Assembly (NCBI GenBank): GCA_045807945.1
Contig: JBJMGI010000092.1
Span: 22,028-86,027 of the forward strand
Direction: 5' to 3'
Length of the DNA: 64,000 nt
From: Terriglobales bacterium
GTDB lineage: Bacteria > Acidobacteriota > Terriglobia > Terriglobales > Acidobacteriaceae
Position numbers and translations under genes: made by a program. Below, piece by piece: positions 44,263 to 52,682 of the stretch. The notes under the pieces are model-generated. The model saw nothing but the letters and a program-made list of their open reading frames with translations. It was not told the DNA's origin and searched no databases. The first letter of the stretch is position 1; the number at the start of each line of letters is the position of its first letter.

Positions 44263-44790
44263 TTACAGACCGCCGCCTGCCCGCTTCGCCTGTACACAGC
44301 ACTCGCCTTCCGGGATCGGACTCCCGTGGGGACACGTGCGCGGGTGTTGCAAAAAGGTACAAATGCGTTCGGTAGCTTGCGCTGACAAGATGTGCTCGAA
44401 CTTGCACGCCTGCTGCTCGATCTCAGCTTCGCTCTCGATGTGCAGCGTCTCCGTAAAGAGCTTCTCCGCTAACCGGTGCCGCCGGATGACCTCGCTTGCG
44501 CGCTGGCGCCCACGCTCGGTAAAGTCCACCGTGAAGCGCCCGTGCTCGGGAAGAGGCCCCGAAGCCTGCATCGCCTCGTGACAGCGGTTCAGGATTTCTT
44601 TGTGCGTGTGCGGCTCAGACGACTGGTGGTCCGCCAGGGTCAACAATCCCATGTCGGCCATCTTCTCGATCGCCATATCTACCGGCAACGCACCGTCTAC
44701 CTGGATGCGGCCCATGTCCGCGACTTGACCGTTCTCTTTCACCACCCAAATTTCTTCCAGGATCTCATCGAACTCTTCTTCGTCTGAGAA
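44263..44790 (-). other. DtxR-like domain portion of the ATPase fusion
   Basis: Equivalents of the DtxR metal ligands are present: H79/E83 (RRHRLAE) and C102/E105/H106 (ACKFEH). H98 is replaced by Glu. The putative wHTH segment has few basic residues. Confidence 0.6.
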
Positions 44791-45471
44791 GGAGAAGATC
44801 TCCTGCGCCGAGATCTTTCCATGATGCAGCTCGATGCGTCGGTCAGCAAGACGCGCAACCGTGGGATCGTGCGTCACCATCACGATGGTCCGCCCTTGCT
44901 CGTGGAATTCACGCAGCAAGCGCAGGACGATCTCTTCGTTCCGCGCGTCCAGGTTCCCGGTGGGCTCGTCGGCAAGCACGATAGCGGGATCGTTGATCAG
45001 CGCTCGCGCTATGCACACACGCTGCTGCTCGCCCCCCGAGAGATGCGCAGGAATGTGGTGTGCCCGGTCCTTCAGCCCCACACGCCGCAAGGCTTCGAGC
45101 GCTTCGGCTTCGTCGGTCATACTGTGGAAGTACTGCGCCAGCATCACGTTCTCGAGCGCGGTGAGGTACGGGATGAGATGGAATTGCTGAAAGATGAACC
45201 CGATCTTTTCCGCGCGGAAGCGGTCGAGCTGCTTGCGGTCGAGCGCGGCGACGTTCTCCCCATTTAGCCAGACCTCGCCTGAGCTCGGTCGGTCGAGGCA
45301 TCCGATCAGATTCACGAGCGTGGATTTTCCCGAACCCGATGGCCCCATGATCGAGACCCACTCGCCTTTTTCGATGGTCAGATCGATCGCGTCGAGCGCG
45401 CGGATCACGCCACCATCGCCGTCAGATTTCGCGGGATAGGTCTTGCTCACGTTTTTTATCGCGATACCCAT
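44263..45471 (-). CDS. ABC transporter ATP-binding protein fused to a C-terminal DtxR/MntR-like metalloregulator module
   Basis: aa 1-225: Walker [19 protein letters not shown], Walker B IVLADEPTGNLD, VTHD. aa ~228-402: EILEEIWVVKENG..., RRHRLAEKLFTETL, ACKFEH, and TCPHGSPIP, which is the DtxR-family helix / metal-site / CPHG pattern. Confidence 0.8.
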   Translation of the reverse strand: MGIAIKNVSKTYPAKSDGDGGVIRALDAIDLTIEKGEWVSIMGPSGSGKSTLVNLIGCLDRPSSGEVWLNGENVAALDRKQLDRFRAEKIGFIFQQFHLIPYLTALENVMLAQYFHSMTDEAEALEALRRVGLKDRAHHIPAHLSGGEQQRVCIARALINDPAIVLADEPTGNLDARNEEIVLRLLREFHEQGRTIVMVTHDPTVARLADRRIELHHGKISAQEIFSFSDEEEFDEILEEIWVVKENGQVADMGRIQVDGALPVDMAIEKMADMGLLTLADHQSSEPHTHKEILNRCHEAMQASGPLPEHGRFTVDFTERGRQRASEVIRRHRLAEKLFTETLHIESEAEIEQQACKFEHILSAQATERICTFLQHPRTCPHGSPIPEGECCVQAKRAGGGL

Positions 45472-45479
45472 GCGTCAGT

Positions 45480-46571
45480 TCATTCGCCCTTCAAGATTAC
45501 CGCAGGCTGCGTTTGGCTCAGCAGCGCCATCGGGATCAGCGCCGCCAAGATCGTGAGAGCGATACTGCCAACGAGCACCATCGGGAAAACATCCCATTGC
45601 GGAAGCACGACCGCCTGAAAGTTGAATCGCCCGATCAGGAACGCAACCGCGATGCCGAGGCAAAATCCGAGCACCGCGCCCGCCGCCCCGAGCAACGTGG
45701 CTTCACATGCAAACAGTGCGCTTGCAAGTTGCGGTGAAGCGCCGAGGGCCTTCATAACGGCGAAGTCTTTTCTGCGGTCGAGGACCGAGCTGGTCAAGGT
45801 CGCCAACACGCAGAGCGCTGAAATGACAATGATGATGATGACCGCGATCAGTAACGTCGAGCGCGCTTTCCCGAAGACCTTCGCTTCAGCTTCTGTGATT
45901 TGCTTGATGGGGCGCACATAGGCGCCGGGAAGAGCCGAAGCCAGCGAGTTCACAAGCGCGCTTACATCCTGCGGCTTACGGTCGGCGGCGATCTCGATCG
46001 TGTCCGCCCCAAGACCCGTCCAGGCTGTGAAATCCTCGAGTGGCATGTAAATGCGACTGTCTTCCGTGCTTCCGGTCAGCAGGATCCCAGCCTGACGCAC
46101 GGTGATTCTCTTTCCACGGAATTCAAGAGAGAGATCGCCTTTGCCAAACTGCTTCGCTGCACGCGAGCCCAACAACGCCTTCCCATGTTCCGGCCATGAA
46201 CCTACCATCCAGAACGGGTCGATTTTCCGAGTTCGCTGCACGTCGAGGCCGCCGACCACCACCGCCTGGCCGTTCGCCTTCGCGATCACGTATCCGAACG
46301 GCGCGGCCGATTCACTAGCACCAAGCTGAGCATCCACCTTGTGCAAAGCGTCGGCTGGAAGCGTCGCGTCAGCCTTAGAGGTAATGATCAGGTTCGCGCC
46401 GTATCCCCGAAAATCTCCGCGCAGCTTCGCTTGGACATCCGTAAACAGAGTAAGCATGGCTGTGGCTGCCGTGGCCGCCACAACCACAGCGAGCACCGCG
46501 ATGGCGGAGCTTCCGCGCCTCACGATCAGCGGGCGCAGCAGCACGCGGAAAAACATTCTGCTGCGGCTCAT
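45480..46571 (-). CDS. FtsX-like ABC transporter permease
   Basis: 363 aa: N-terminal TM, an extracytoplasmic domain, and a C-terminal FtsX 3-TM module (DFAVMKALGASPQ...). Confidence 0.8.
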   Translation of the reverse strand: MSRSRMFFRVLLRPLIVRRGSSAIAVLAVVVAATAATAMLTLFTDVQAKLRGDFRGYGANLIITSKADATLPADALHKVDAQLGASESAAPFGYVIAKANGQAVVVGGLDVQRTRKIDPFWMVGSWPEHGKALLGSRAAKQFGKGDLSLEFRGKRITVRQAGILLTGSTEDSRIYMPLEDFTAWTGLGADTIEIAADRKPQDVSALVNSLASALPGAYVRPIKQITEAEAKVFGKARSTLLIAVIIIIVISALCVLATLTSSVLDRRKDFAVMKALGASPQLASALFACEATLLGAAGAVLGFCLGIAVAFLIGRFNFQAVVLPQWDVFPMVLVGSIALTILAALIPMALLSQTQPAVILKGE

Positions 46572-47833
46572 TGGCTACCTCGCAGCACGTGCGCCGGATC
46601 AAGCCGCACCGCGCGGCGAATAGAGGCAATCGAACCGCCATAGGTAACCAGAAATGCGACAGCCAGCACAATAGGGAAGAGCACCGGCTGCAAGCTGATG
46701 CTGGAGTTGAAAATGCTGCGTCCGATCTGCGCAGCTAAAACTCCACCCAGAGCAAACCCGACTACGCCGCCGATGGTTGCGAGCACTCCTGCCTCGGTCA
46801 TGAACAATGCGGCGACGGACGAGTTATCGGCTCCCATCGCCTTCATCAGCCCGACTTCGGTACGCCGCTCCATTATCGCTGTCGCCATAGCCGCCGAAAC
46901 CGCAAGCGCCGCTGCACAGAGCGCAGCGATAGTGATCAGCAGCATCAAACCCTTTATCCGGTTCAGGATTTTGCCTTCGTTCTGTGCGACGCGGCGGATC
47001 TGCTCGGCGTGGGCATTCGGGATCACCTCTTCGATCTGGTGCGCGATCGAGAGCGCGTAAGGAGAGCAGTACCAGCGGTCGTAAGCCGGACCTTTTAGGG
47101 TTCTCGGATCGGTGCGCGCGAACGCATCTTCCGGCTTCGTGACCGCGCTCACCAGGATGCTTCGGACGACGCCCGGCTTTCCGGCGATGTCTTGCGCCAA
47201 CGTAAGTGGGCCGACCACCGCATCTTCCTCGCCCGCTCCCGTCCTGAGGACTCCAGCGACCGTGAGCTGACGCCCGGCGACGGTGAGTGCATCGCCCGGC
47301 TTCACGTTCAAGCCTTGCGCGAGCCTTGCACCGACTAAAACCCTCTGCGAATCGTCAGCTGGCCATTCGCCTTGAACTTTCCACCAGGGGCTGGTCTTGG
47401 TCACGCCCTCGACGAACTCGTCTTTTCCGTAGCGAAGCTGCTTGGCGAAATATGTCCCGATCAGTTCGACATTGCGCGATTCTGCGCCGGATCGAGCTTG
47501 AACGCTCGTTGAGAGGAACGGAGCGAAGCCGCGGATGTTATTGCGCCAGAAAATCCCTTTGATCTTGGGAAGCTCGGCCTCGTTAAGATAAGCGCCCTCG
47601 CTAGCTGGCTTGATGTTCACTCCGCCCACATTCAGATCGAGAGTGTCTTCCTGCGGGACAACCGAGATGTTCGCGCCAAAGCTACGCAGCTCTTCACTGA
47701 CCTTATCGCCAATGTCGGTTGCAATCGCGATCGTCGCGGTCGCGACCGCGACGCCCAGCGTGATCGCGACGGCGGCCATCAGCTTGCGGCGACGTTGCAA
47801 CCGGAACGATTGATAGATCAACCGTAGGAACAT
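46568..47833 (-). CDS. FtsX-like ABC transporter permease
   Basis: 421 aa with the same architecture (EVGLMKAMGADNS...). 4-nt overlap with the downstream permease gene. Confidence 0.8.
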   Translation of the reverse strand: MFLRLIYQSFRLQRRRKLMAAVAITLGVAVATATIAIATDIGDKVSEELRSFGANISVVPQEDTLDLNVGGVNIKPASEGAYLNEAELPKIKGIFWRNNIRGFAPFLSTSVQARSGAESRNVELIGTYFAKQLRYGKDEFVEGVTKTSPWWKVQGEWPADDSQRVLVGARLAQGLNVKPGDALTVAGRQLTVAGVLRTGAGEEDAVVGPLTLAQDIAGKPGVVRSILVSAVTKPEDAFARTDPRTLKGPAYDRWYCSPYALSIAHQIEEVIPNAHAEQIRRVAQNEGKILNRIKGLMLLITIAALCAAALAVSAAMATAIMERRTEVGLMKAMGADNSSVAALFMTEAGVLATIGGVVGFALGGVLAAQIGRSIFNSSISLQPVLFPIVLAVAFLVTYGGSIASIRRAVRLDPAHVLRGSQ

Positions 47834-47835
47834 GA

Positions 47836-49083
47836 TTATTTCGTGAAGTGGACCGCTGCCGTTTGCAGGTCAGCCTGCTCAATGACCACTGCGTCTCGGC
47901 TCTCGCTCGAATGCAGCGGGATCGGATTGCAGCCGCCGCTCTGTCCGACCGTTTGCGGATTCACCGGGGCCGCGCAGTTCTTGCAGACCAGTCCTTGTGC
48001 TGTCTTGTAATAGCCGACGGAGCCGCAGATCTCGCATGCATCGAGGACGGTTGCAATTTTCCCATCCGGCTTCTGGTAGAGCAGGAAGCGCACCTCGGTC
48101 CCATTCACCTTGGCCGCATAGCGGTGCAGGTCGCCGTCTGAGACTTGCGATTTTGGAATCGATGCCTTTCCGTCTACGAACGTGAGTTCAGTCGCCGGTG
48201 AGAGGGAAGTGGTGCTCTTCGCATAAACGAACTCAGCCGTGACCGAAGCTATGAAGATGAAGCACGCGACGCAAACCGAGATCATCCATAGGCGCTCGCG
48301 GCGGAAGCTCCACTCCGCTTTGCGCTGCTCGGCCTTGCTCTCAGCGCTAGGCAACGGAGCACGCCGGCGGTATTCCAGCAGGATCATCATCCCCGTCAGC
48401 GCAAGAATGGTCACGGCAAAGAACCAGTCATTCCGCACGATGGGTCCGATGGTCGCCATTTCAGCTTTGTTCGAGGGGATTACGCCGTTTTCCGACAACT
48501 CGTGCAGACCTGTGACCAGAAGCTGCGCGGCAACGAAGAAGAGGATGACTGTCGTGATCTTAAAGAACTTGCGCAGGTCGATGCGGACGCTGCCTTTGAC
48601 GAACATCACGCCGAAGACCACCGCGAGCGCGACTCCAATCAGCGTGCCTAAAAAGCGCAGCAGCTCGCTGGTGTTGAAGCTGACAGTGGCGAGGATCAAG
48701 ACCGTCTCCACGCCCTCGCGAAGCACCATAAGGAAAATGAAGAAGAAAACACCGATTCGTGATCCCGTTGTTGCCAGGCCGCCCAGCTTGGTCTCGATGC
48801 TGCCCTTCATCGTCTTGCCCGCCTTCATCATGAAGACGACCATGGAGGCGACGAACGCAGCCGCGGCCAGCATCACCCAGCCTTCGAAAATGTCCTGGTT
48901 CCACTCCCAATGGGAGATTACCACCGCCACCGCCAGGCTGCCTACGAAGGCGCTGCCCAGCGCCCAATAGACCAGTTTGCGCAGTTCGGGACGCCGTATC
49001 TTAGAGAGATAAGCCAGGGTGATGCCGACGATGAGAGCAGCTTCCACCCCTTCGCGGAGGGTGATGATCAGGGCTTGCAGCAT
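47836..49083 (-). CDS. FTR1-family iron permease fused to a DUF2318-like Cys-rich domain
   Basis: Two REGVE motifs (TLREGVEAALIVG and VLREGVETVLIL), equivalent to the REXXE iron-permease motifs. The C-terminal 130 aa read CEICGSVGYY...CKNCAAPV...GGCNPIPL. Confidence 0.8.
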   Translation of the reverse strand: MLQALIITLREGVEAALIVGITLAYLSKIRRPELRKLVYWALGSAFVGSLAVAVVISHWEWNQDIFEGWVMLAAAAFVASMVVFMMKAGKTMKGSIETKLGGLATTGSRIGVFFFIFLMVLREGVETVLILATVSFNTSELLRFLGTLIGVALAVVFGVMFVKGSVRIDLRKFFKITTVILFFVAAQLLVTGLHELSENGVIPSNKAEMATIGPIVRNDWFFAVTILALTGMMILLEYRRRAPLPSAESKAEQRKAEWSFRRERLWMISVCVACFIFIASVTAEFVYAKSTTSLSPATELTFVDGKASIPKSQVSDGDLHRYAAKVNGTEVRFLLYQKPDGKIATVLDACEICGSVGYYKTAQGLVCKNCAAPVNPQTVGQSGGCNPIPLHSSESRDAVVIEQADLQTAAVHFTK

Positions 49084-49091
49084 AGATGTTT

Positions 49092-49122
49092 GATATTGAA
49101 AATGAAATTCATTTTCAATATC
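49092..49122. promoter_or_regulatory. Perfect 31-bp palindrome, Fur-box-like operator
   Basis: GATATTGAAAATGAA-a-TTCATTTTCAATATC, with 15-bp arms. The central 19 bp, GAAAATGAAATTCATTTTC, match the E. coli Fur consensus GATAATGATAATCATTATC at 15 of 19 positions. It lies between the -10 box and the ATG of the FTR1 operon. Confidence 0.6.
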
Positions 49123-49123
49123 T

Positions 49124-49153
49124 ATCTTACTCGCCGCTGCGCGTTTCCGTCAA
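49124..49153 (-). promoter_or_regulatory. Predicted sigma-70 promoter of the FTR1 operon (TTGACG-N18-TAAGAT)
   Basis: On the minus strand, -35 is at 49153..49148 and -10 at 49129..49124. The predicted TSS falls inside the palindrome. Confidence 0.45.
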
Positions 49154-49197
49154 TCCGCTGCTACATCTCGCGCCTGCAATCGCTCTTCTAATCCGCT

Positions 49198-50148
49198 GTG
49201 CGCGTCACCGTTGCCAGTACTATTTCGGAAGTTGAACGGCTTCGGCCGCTCTGGGATGAGCTCTTGAGGGAAAATAGAGCGACGATCTTCCACAATCTCG
49301 ACTGGAACCTGCTCGCCCTGCGTACGTTTACAGAAGAGAAGCCATACTTTGTTGCGGTTGAACTCGAATCTTCCGCCACCATCATTCCCGTCGTTGTTCG
49401 TGATCGTGAGATCCGCCTCGCCGGCGGCCCGCTCTTTGACTACCGCGACGTCCTCCACACCGGAGATGACGATTCCTTTAGGCTCGGTCTTGAAAAAGTC
49501 GCTGAGCTCGAGTTGCCTTGGAACATTCAGGGCATTCGCGCCGAGGCCGCACACTCGCTGTGGGCTATCCCAAGTCAGCCGTGGACATCAGCACCGTTCG
49601 TCTCGCTTCGGAATGTTTCCGCAAAGGAGTTTGCAGAAAAGCACACACGCTCTCGACGCGCGCTCCGTCGCCTAGCAGATCTCGGCGCTTCCGTCAGAAT
49701 GGTCCCCGCCATGCCCGAACTCATCGAGCAGCTCTATCGCGAGAAAGCAAAGGAACCTGCGGGATTTGGCCAGAATGTTTTCCAGGATTCGCGTTGCGTC
49801 GCCTTCATGCGCAACGTCGTCTCTCTTCCGCTGACGCACTGCGATGTCTTCTTAATGGAGGCTGCGGGTCAGCGCATCGCCGCCCTGATAACCTTTCGCG
49901 ATCGGGAAGTGCGCCGCTTCTATACCACCTGGATGGACCAGCGCTGGAGCAAGCACTCGCCCGGAGTCGCTTTGCTCTACCATGCCGCTTGCGAAACGCT
50001 TGCAGCCGGCCTCAATTGCGACTACATGACGGGTGAGCAGCCGTACAAAATGCGCTTCGCGACCGGAAGCGTTCCTCTCTACAGACTGGAGTGCAGCTCC
50101 GCAGAGCTTCGCGCTTGTCTCGCACCCGAAGAAGCTAGAGCCGCTTAA
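49198..50148 (+). CDS. GNAT-like acetyltransferase (CelD/BcsL / FemAB-like family)
   Basis: 316 aa, GTG start. The N-terminal LRPLWDELL...FHNLDW and the overall layout resemble the CelD-type family. This is from memory, with no catalytic motif verified. Confidence 0.55.
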   Translation: MRVTVASTISEVERLRPLWDELLRENRATIFHNLDWNLLALRTFTEEKPYFVAVELESSATIIPVVVRDREIRLAGGPLFDYRDVLHTGDDDSFRLGLEKVAELELPWNIQGIRAEAAHSLWAIPSQPWTSAPFVSLRNVSAKEFAEKHTRSRRALRRLADLGASVRMVPAMPELIEQLYREKAKEPAGFGQNVFQDSRCVAFMRNVVSLPLTHCDVFLMEAAGQRIAALITFRDREVRRFYTTWMDQRWSKHSPGVALLYHAACETLAAGLNCDYMTGEQPYKMRFATGSVPLYRLECSSAELRACLAPEEARAA

Positions 50149-50821
50149 GAAAGGCCTTCGCTTTCTCAAGCTCTGGGAAAAGGTTCTCTTCTTGTATGAA
50201 TGCCTTGGGATGCACGCAGCGGCGGCTTCCGCGCAGCTTCACCGGATGCTTGAGGTGCAGCATCTCGTGATAAACGATGTACTCCACCGCATACCGCGGC
50301 ACGTCCGCCCTGTCGAATAGCCGGCTGATCACGATGGTGTTGTGTGCTGGGTCGTAATGTCCAAGATTGCTGCGAGAATCGTTTCCGCTCCAGGTCAAGC
50401 GTGGCTTACCCAGCAATCCGTAGAAAAATTGCTTATTGAGATCGTCGAAGATCTCATCCAAGTCGAACGTGTGTCCCTGCGCCGAGACAATGTGTTTTCG
50501 CCCGCGCATCTGTCGGACCAGGTGAGCTTTTCGGCTCAGGTCATGACTGCTGACGTACTTTCGGTAGCGCGAGGCATGTGCCGCATTGATCGGCTTGCGA
50601 TATAGCTTCGCTAAGAGAATATGCGCAATGGAATGGTGCACACTCTCCGGCGCGCCCTCCAGCAGGTCAGACAATCGCACCAGCACCAGCCCATTGCGCA
50701 GACGGATAGTGTTATTGATATTCGCGAAGGGGTAAAAGCTCACGCGGAAGCCGGGCATTTCGGCGCGCAGCCTCAACTCGCGATAGGTATGCTGGAAGAG
50801 TTCGTGGAGTCCGCCGCTCAC
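50135..50821 (-). CDS. HExxH zinc-metallopeptidase-like protein (SprT/DUF45-like)
   Basis: YHEMLHLKH motif near the C-terminus. 228 aa, no signal peptide. Confidence 0.55.
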   Translation of the reverse strand: MSGGLHELFQHTYRELRLRAEMPGFRVSFYPFANINNTIRLRNGLVLVRLSDLLEGAPESVHHSIAHILLAKLYRKPINAAHASRYRKYVSSHDLSRKAHLVRQMRGRKHIVSAQGHTFDLDEIFDDLNKQFFYGLLGKPRLTWSGNDSRSNLGHYDPAHNTIVISRLFDRADVPRYAVEYIVYHEMLHLKHPVKLRGSRRCVHPKAFIQEENLFPELEKAKAFLKRL

Positions 50822-50862
50822 AGATTCAAATTAGCACGAGTGGGAAGAAGGGAAATGGCGTC

Positions 50863-51393
50863 TCACTTCTTCTTTTCTTTAGGAACGCGCCCGCCGATGT
50901 CCTCGAGTTCTTTTCTCGCTGAGTCGGAGCTCTCGTTTACCGCGTCGACTGCGTTCTGCAACACGAAGTCGTAATCCTTCTCATCCGCGCCGCCGGTTTC
51001 CTTCAGCGCTCGCAGCTTCAGCTTCCAATTGGATTCGGCTTCCACCAGCTCCGTGAGCGGCTTGATCAGATCAGCTTTCTTCTCGCGATAATCATCGAGG
51101 TTGTCCTCCGTCTCATCCACAAGTGAAAGGAAGTCTTCCAGAAGATCGTGGATATGCTGCCCCCGCCCCTGTGCCATCTTCGGGTCGGCGCGAAGCTGAT
51201 CGATCGCGGTTAGCCGCGCCGTGGCGAAGGTAACGTACAGATGAAACCGCTTCTGCGGGTTCAGGGCCTGTTCGCGTATCTGATCCGTTTCCTGGTCGGT
51301 TAGCGGATCACGCTTATGCTGCCCGCCAGCAAAAAGGGATGACGAGAGCGCGATTAAAGTGAGAGCGGTAAGAGGAATCCGTGAATGTCTCAT
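50863..51393 (-). CDS. Hypothetical secreted helical protein (176 aa)
   Basis: Signal peptide MRHSRIPLTALTLIALSSSLFAG. Acidic, helical mature part with a Lys-rich tail. Starts directly after the stop of the upstream ORF. Confidence 0.5.
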   Translation of the reverse strand: MRHSRIPLTALTLIALSSSLFAGGQHKRDPLTDQETDQIREQALNPQKRFHLYVTFATARLTAIDQLRADPKMAQGRGQHIHDLLEDFLSLVDETEDNLDDYREKKADLIKPLTELVEAESNWKLKLRALKETGGADEKDYDFVLQNAVDAVNESSDSARKELEDIGGRVPKEKKK

Positions 51394-51837
51394 TCATTTC
51401 CTGAACAGCAGGTCCAACAACTCCGACCGCAACTCCTGAACGTGTTCGGCGGCGGCTGTGATCGGCGGCCGGTCATCCACGTCTGCAGCACGCGCTACTT
51501 CTTCCAGACGCCGCTGCAGCTTGTGCATCTTCAATTCTGTTTGTTTGATGCGGTTTCCCGAACGCCCGACGGTTGCGCGCGCTTTCTCGGCATAACTGAT
51601 CACGCTCTGGATGTCGTCCCGGGTCTTCATGAAGTCTCCCGATCCCAGGTGTTGGCTGGCCTGCTCGGCATAGCGGCTCGCCACATCCACGTAGAGCTCG
51701 GCTTGCTTGTCGCCTCCGGCTTCCGCGCGCGCGATCAGCTTATCTAGCGGTTCCGTGCCAGCGAAGAGTCGCACGCCGCTTGTCAGCAACAACAATGCGA
51801 CGACAGGGACGAGTTTGGAAGTTCTATTCACAGTCAC
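51394..51837 (-). CDS. Hypothetical secreted helical protein (147 aa)
   Basis: Signal peptide KLVPVVALLLLTSGVRLFAG. 4-nt overlap with the upstream TPR gene. Confidence 0.5.
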   Translation of the reverse strand: MTVNRTSKLVPVVALLLLTSGVRLFAGTEPLDKLIARAEAGGDKQAELYVDVASRYAEQASQHLGSGDFMKTRDDIQSVISYAEKARATVGRSGNRIKQTELKMHKLQRRLEEVARAADVDDRPPITAAAEHVQELRSELLDLLFRK

Positions 51838-52682
51838 TTCTTGTCGATCGCAACCAGGCGATGCTTAGCTTGCCACTCCTGGTTTGGATTCTTGCCACCG
51901 TCAGTCGCCAGGAACTTTCTATAATTCTCCGCCGCTTGCGGCATCTGTTTCAAGTGGTCATAAGACGTAGCGCGCAGGAAGTAGGTAGCGGCTGATTCTG
52001 GCAAGAAATGCACCCGGGCGTCCAGCGCCTGGATCGCTCCAACAAAGTCTTTGTTTTCGGCCGCAGCAACAGCCAAATCGCCGTAGGCCTCTTTCAGGTC
52101 CGGCTGCAGCCCCACCGCTCGTTGCAGCTCATTCTGAGCTAAATCGAATCTGCGCAGCTGCATTAGCACCACGCCAAAGCCGTAATGCGCGTCCGCGTCG
52201 TTAGGATTCAGCCGCAGCACCGTCGAATACTGCTGCGCAGCTTGCTGATACAGGGAATGCGTCGCATAGAGCTCCGCTACATTCCTGAATAGTGTTCCAT
52301 CGGACCCGGCGAGACCTGATGCGGCTGAGAGTTCCTTGATTGCCGCTTCTTTCCGATTCGATTCAAGCAGCAAGCTGCCCAATTGCACATGTGCCTTCGC
52401 ATTTTGTGGATCTATAGCGATGAAGTTCCGGAGCGCCGCCTCCGCCTCCGGATAACGCTTCTGCGTCGAGTAGAGATACGCCAGCGCACCCAGCGCGCTC
52501 GGATTTTTCGGCTGCAACTCGACGGACTTCTTGTATTCGGCTTCAGCGCCGGCTACGTTTCCGGCTTTTTCTAACTGGTCGCCCGCGCGGAAGTGCGCTT
52601 CCGCATCATCGGGCTGTGCCGCTTGCCCGAGCGCGATGCCGGAGCACAGCGCGAGCGCCGCAATGATCCTAACTACGGCCAT
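51834..52682 (-). CDS. Secreted TPR-repeat protein
   Basis: Signal peptide [19 protein letters not shown], then about six TPR units (AEAEYKKSVELQPKN..., AEAALRNFIAIDPQN...). The start overlaps the uvrA 3' end by 14 nt. Confidence 0.75.
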   Translation of the reverse strand: MAVVRIIAALALCSGIALGQAAQPDDAEAHFRAGDQLEKAGNVAGAEAEYKKSVELQPKNPSALGALAYLYSTQKRYPEAEAALRNFIAIDPQNAKAHVQLGSLLLESNRKEAAIKELSAASGLAGSDGTLFRNVAELYATHSLYQQAAQQYSTVLRLNPNDADAHYGFGVVLMQLRRFDLAQNELQRAVGLQPDLKEAYGDLAVAAAENKDFVGAIQALDARVHFLPESAATYFLRATSYDHLKQMPQAAENYRKFLATDGGKNPNQEWQAKHRLVAIDKK

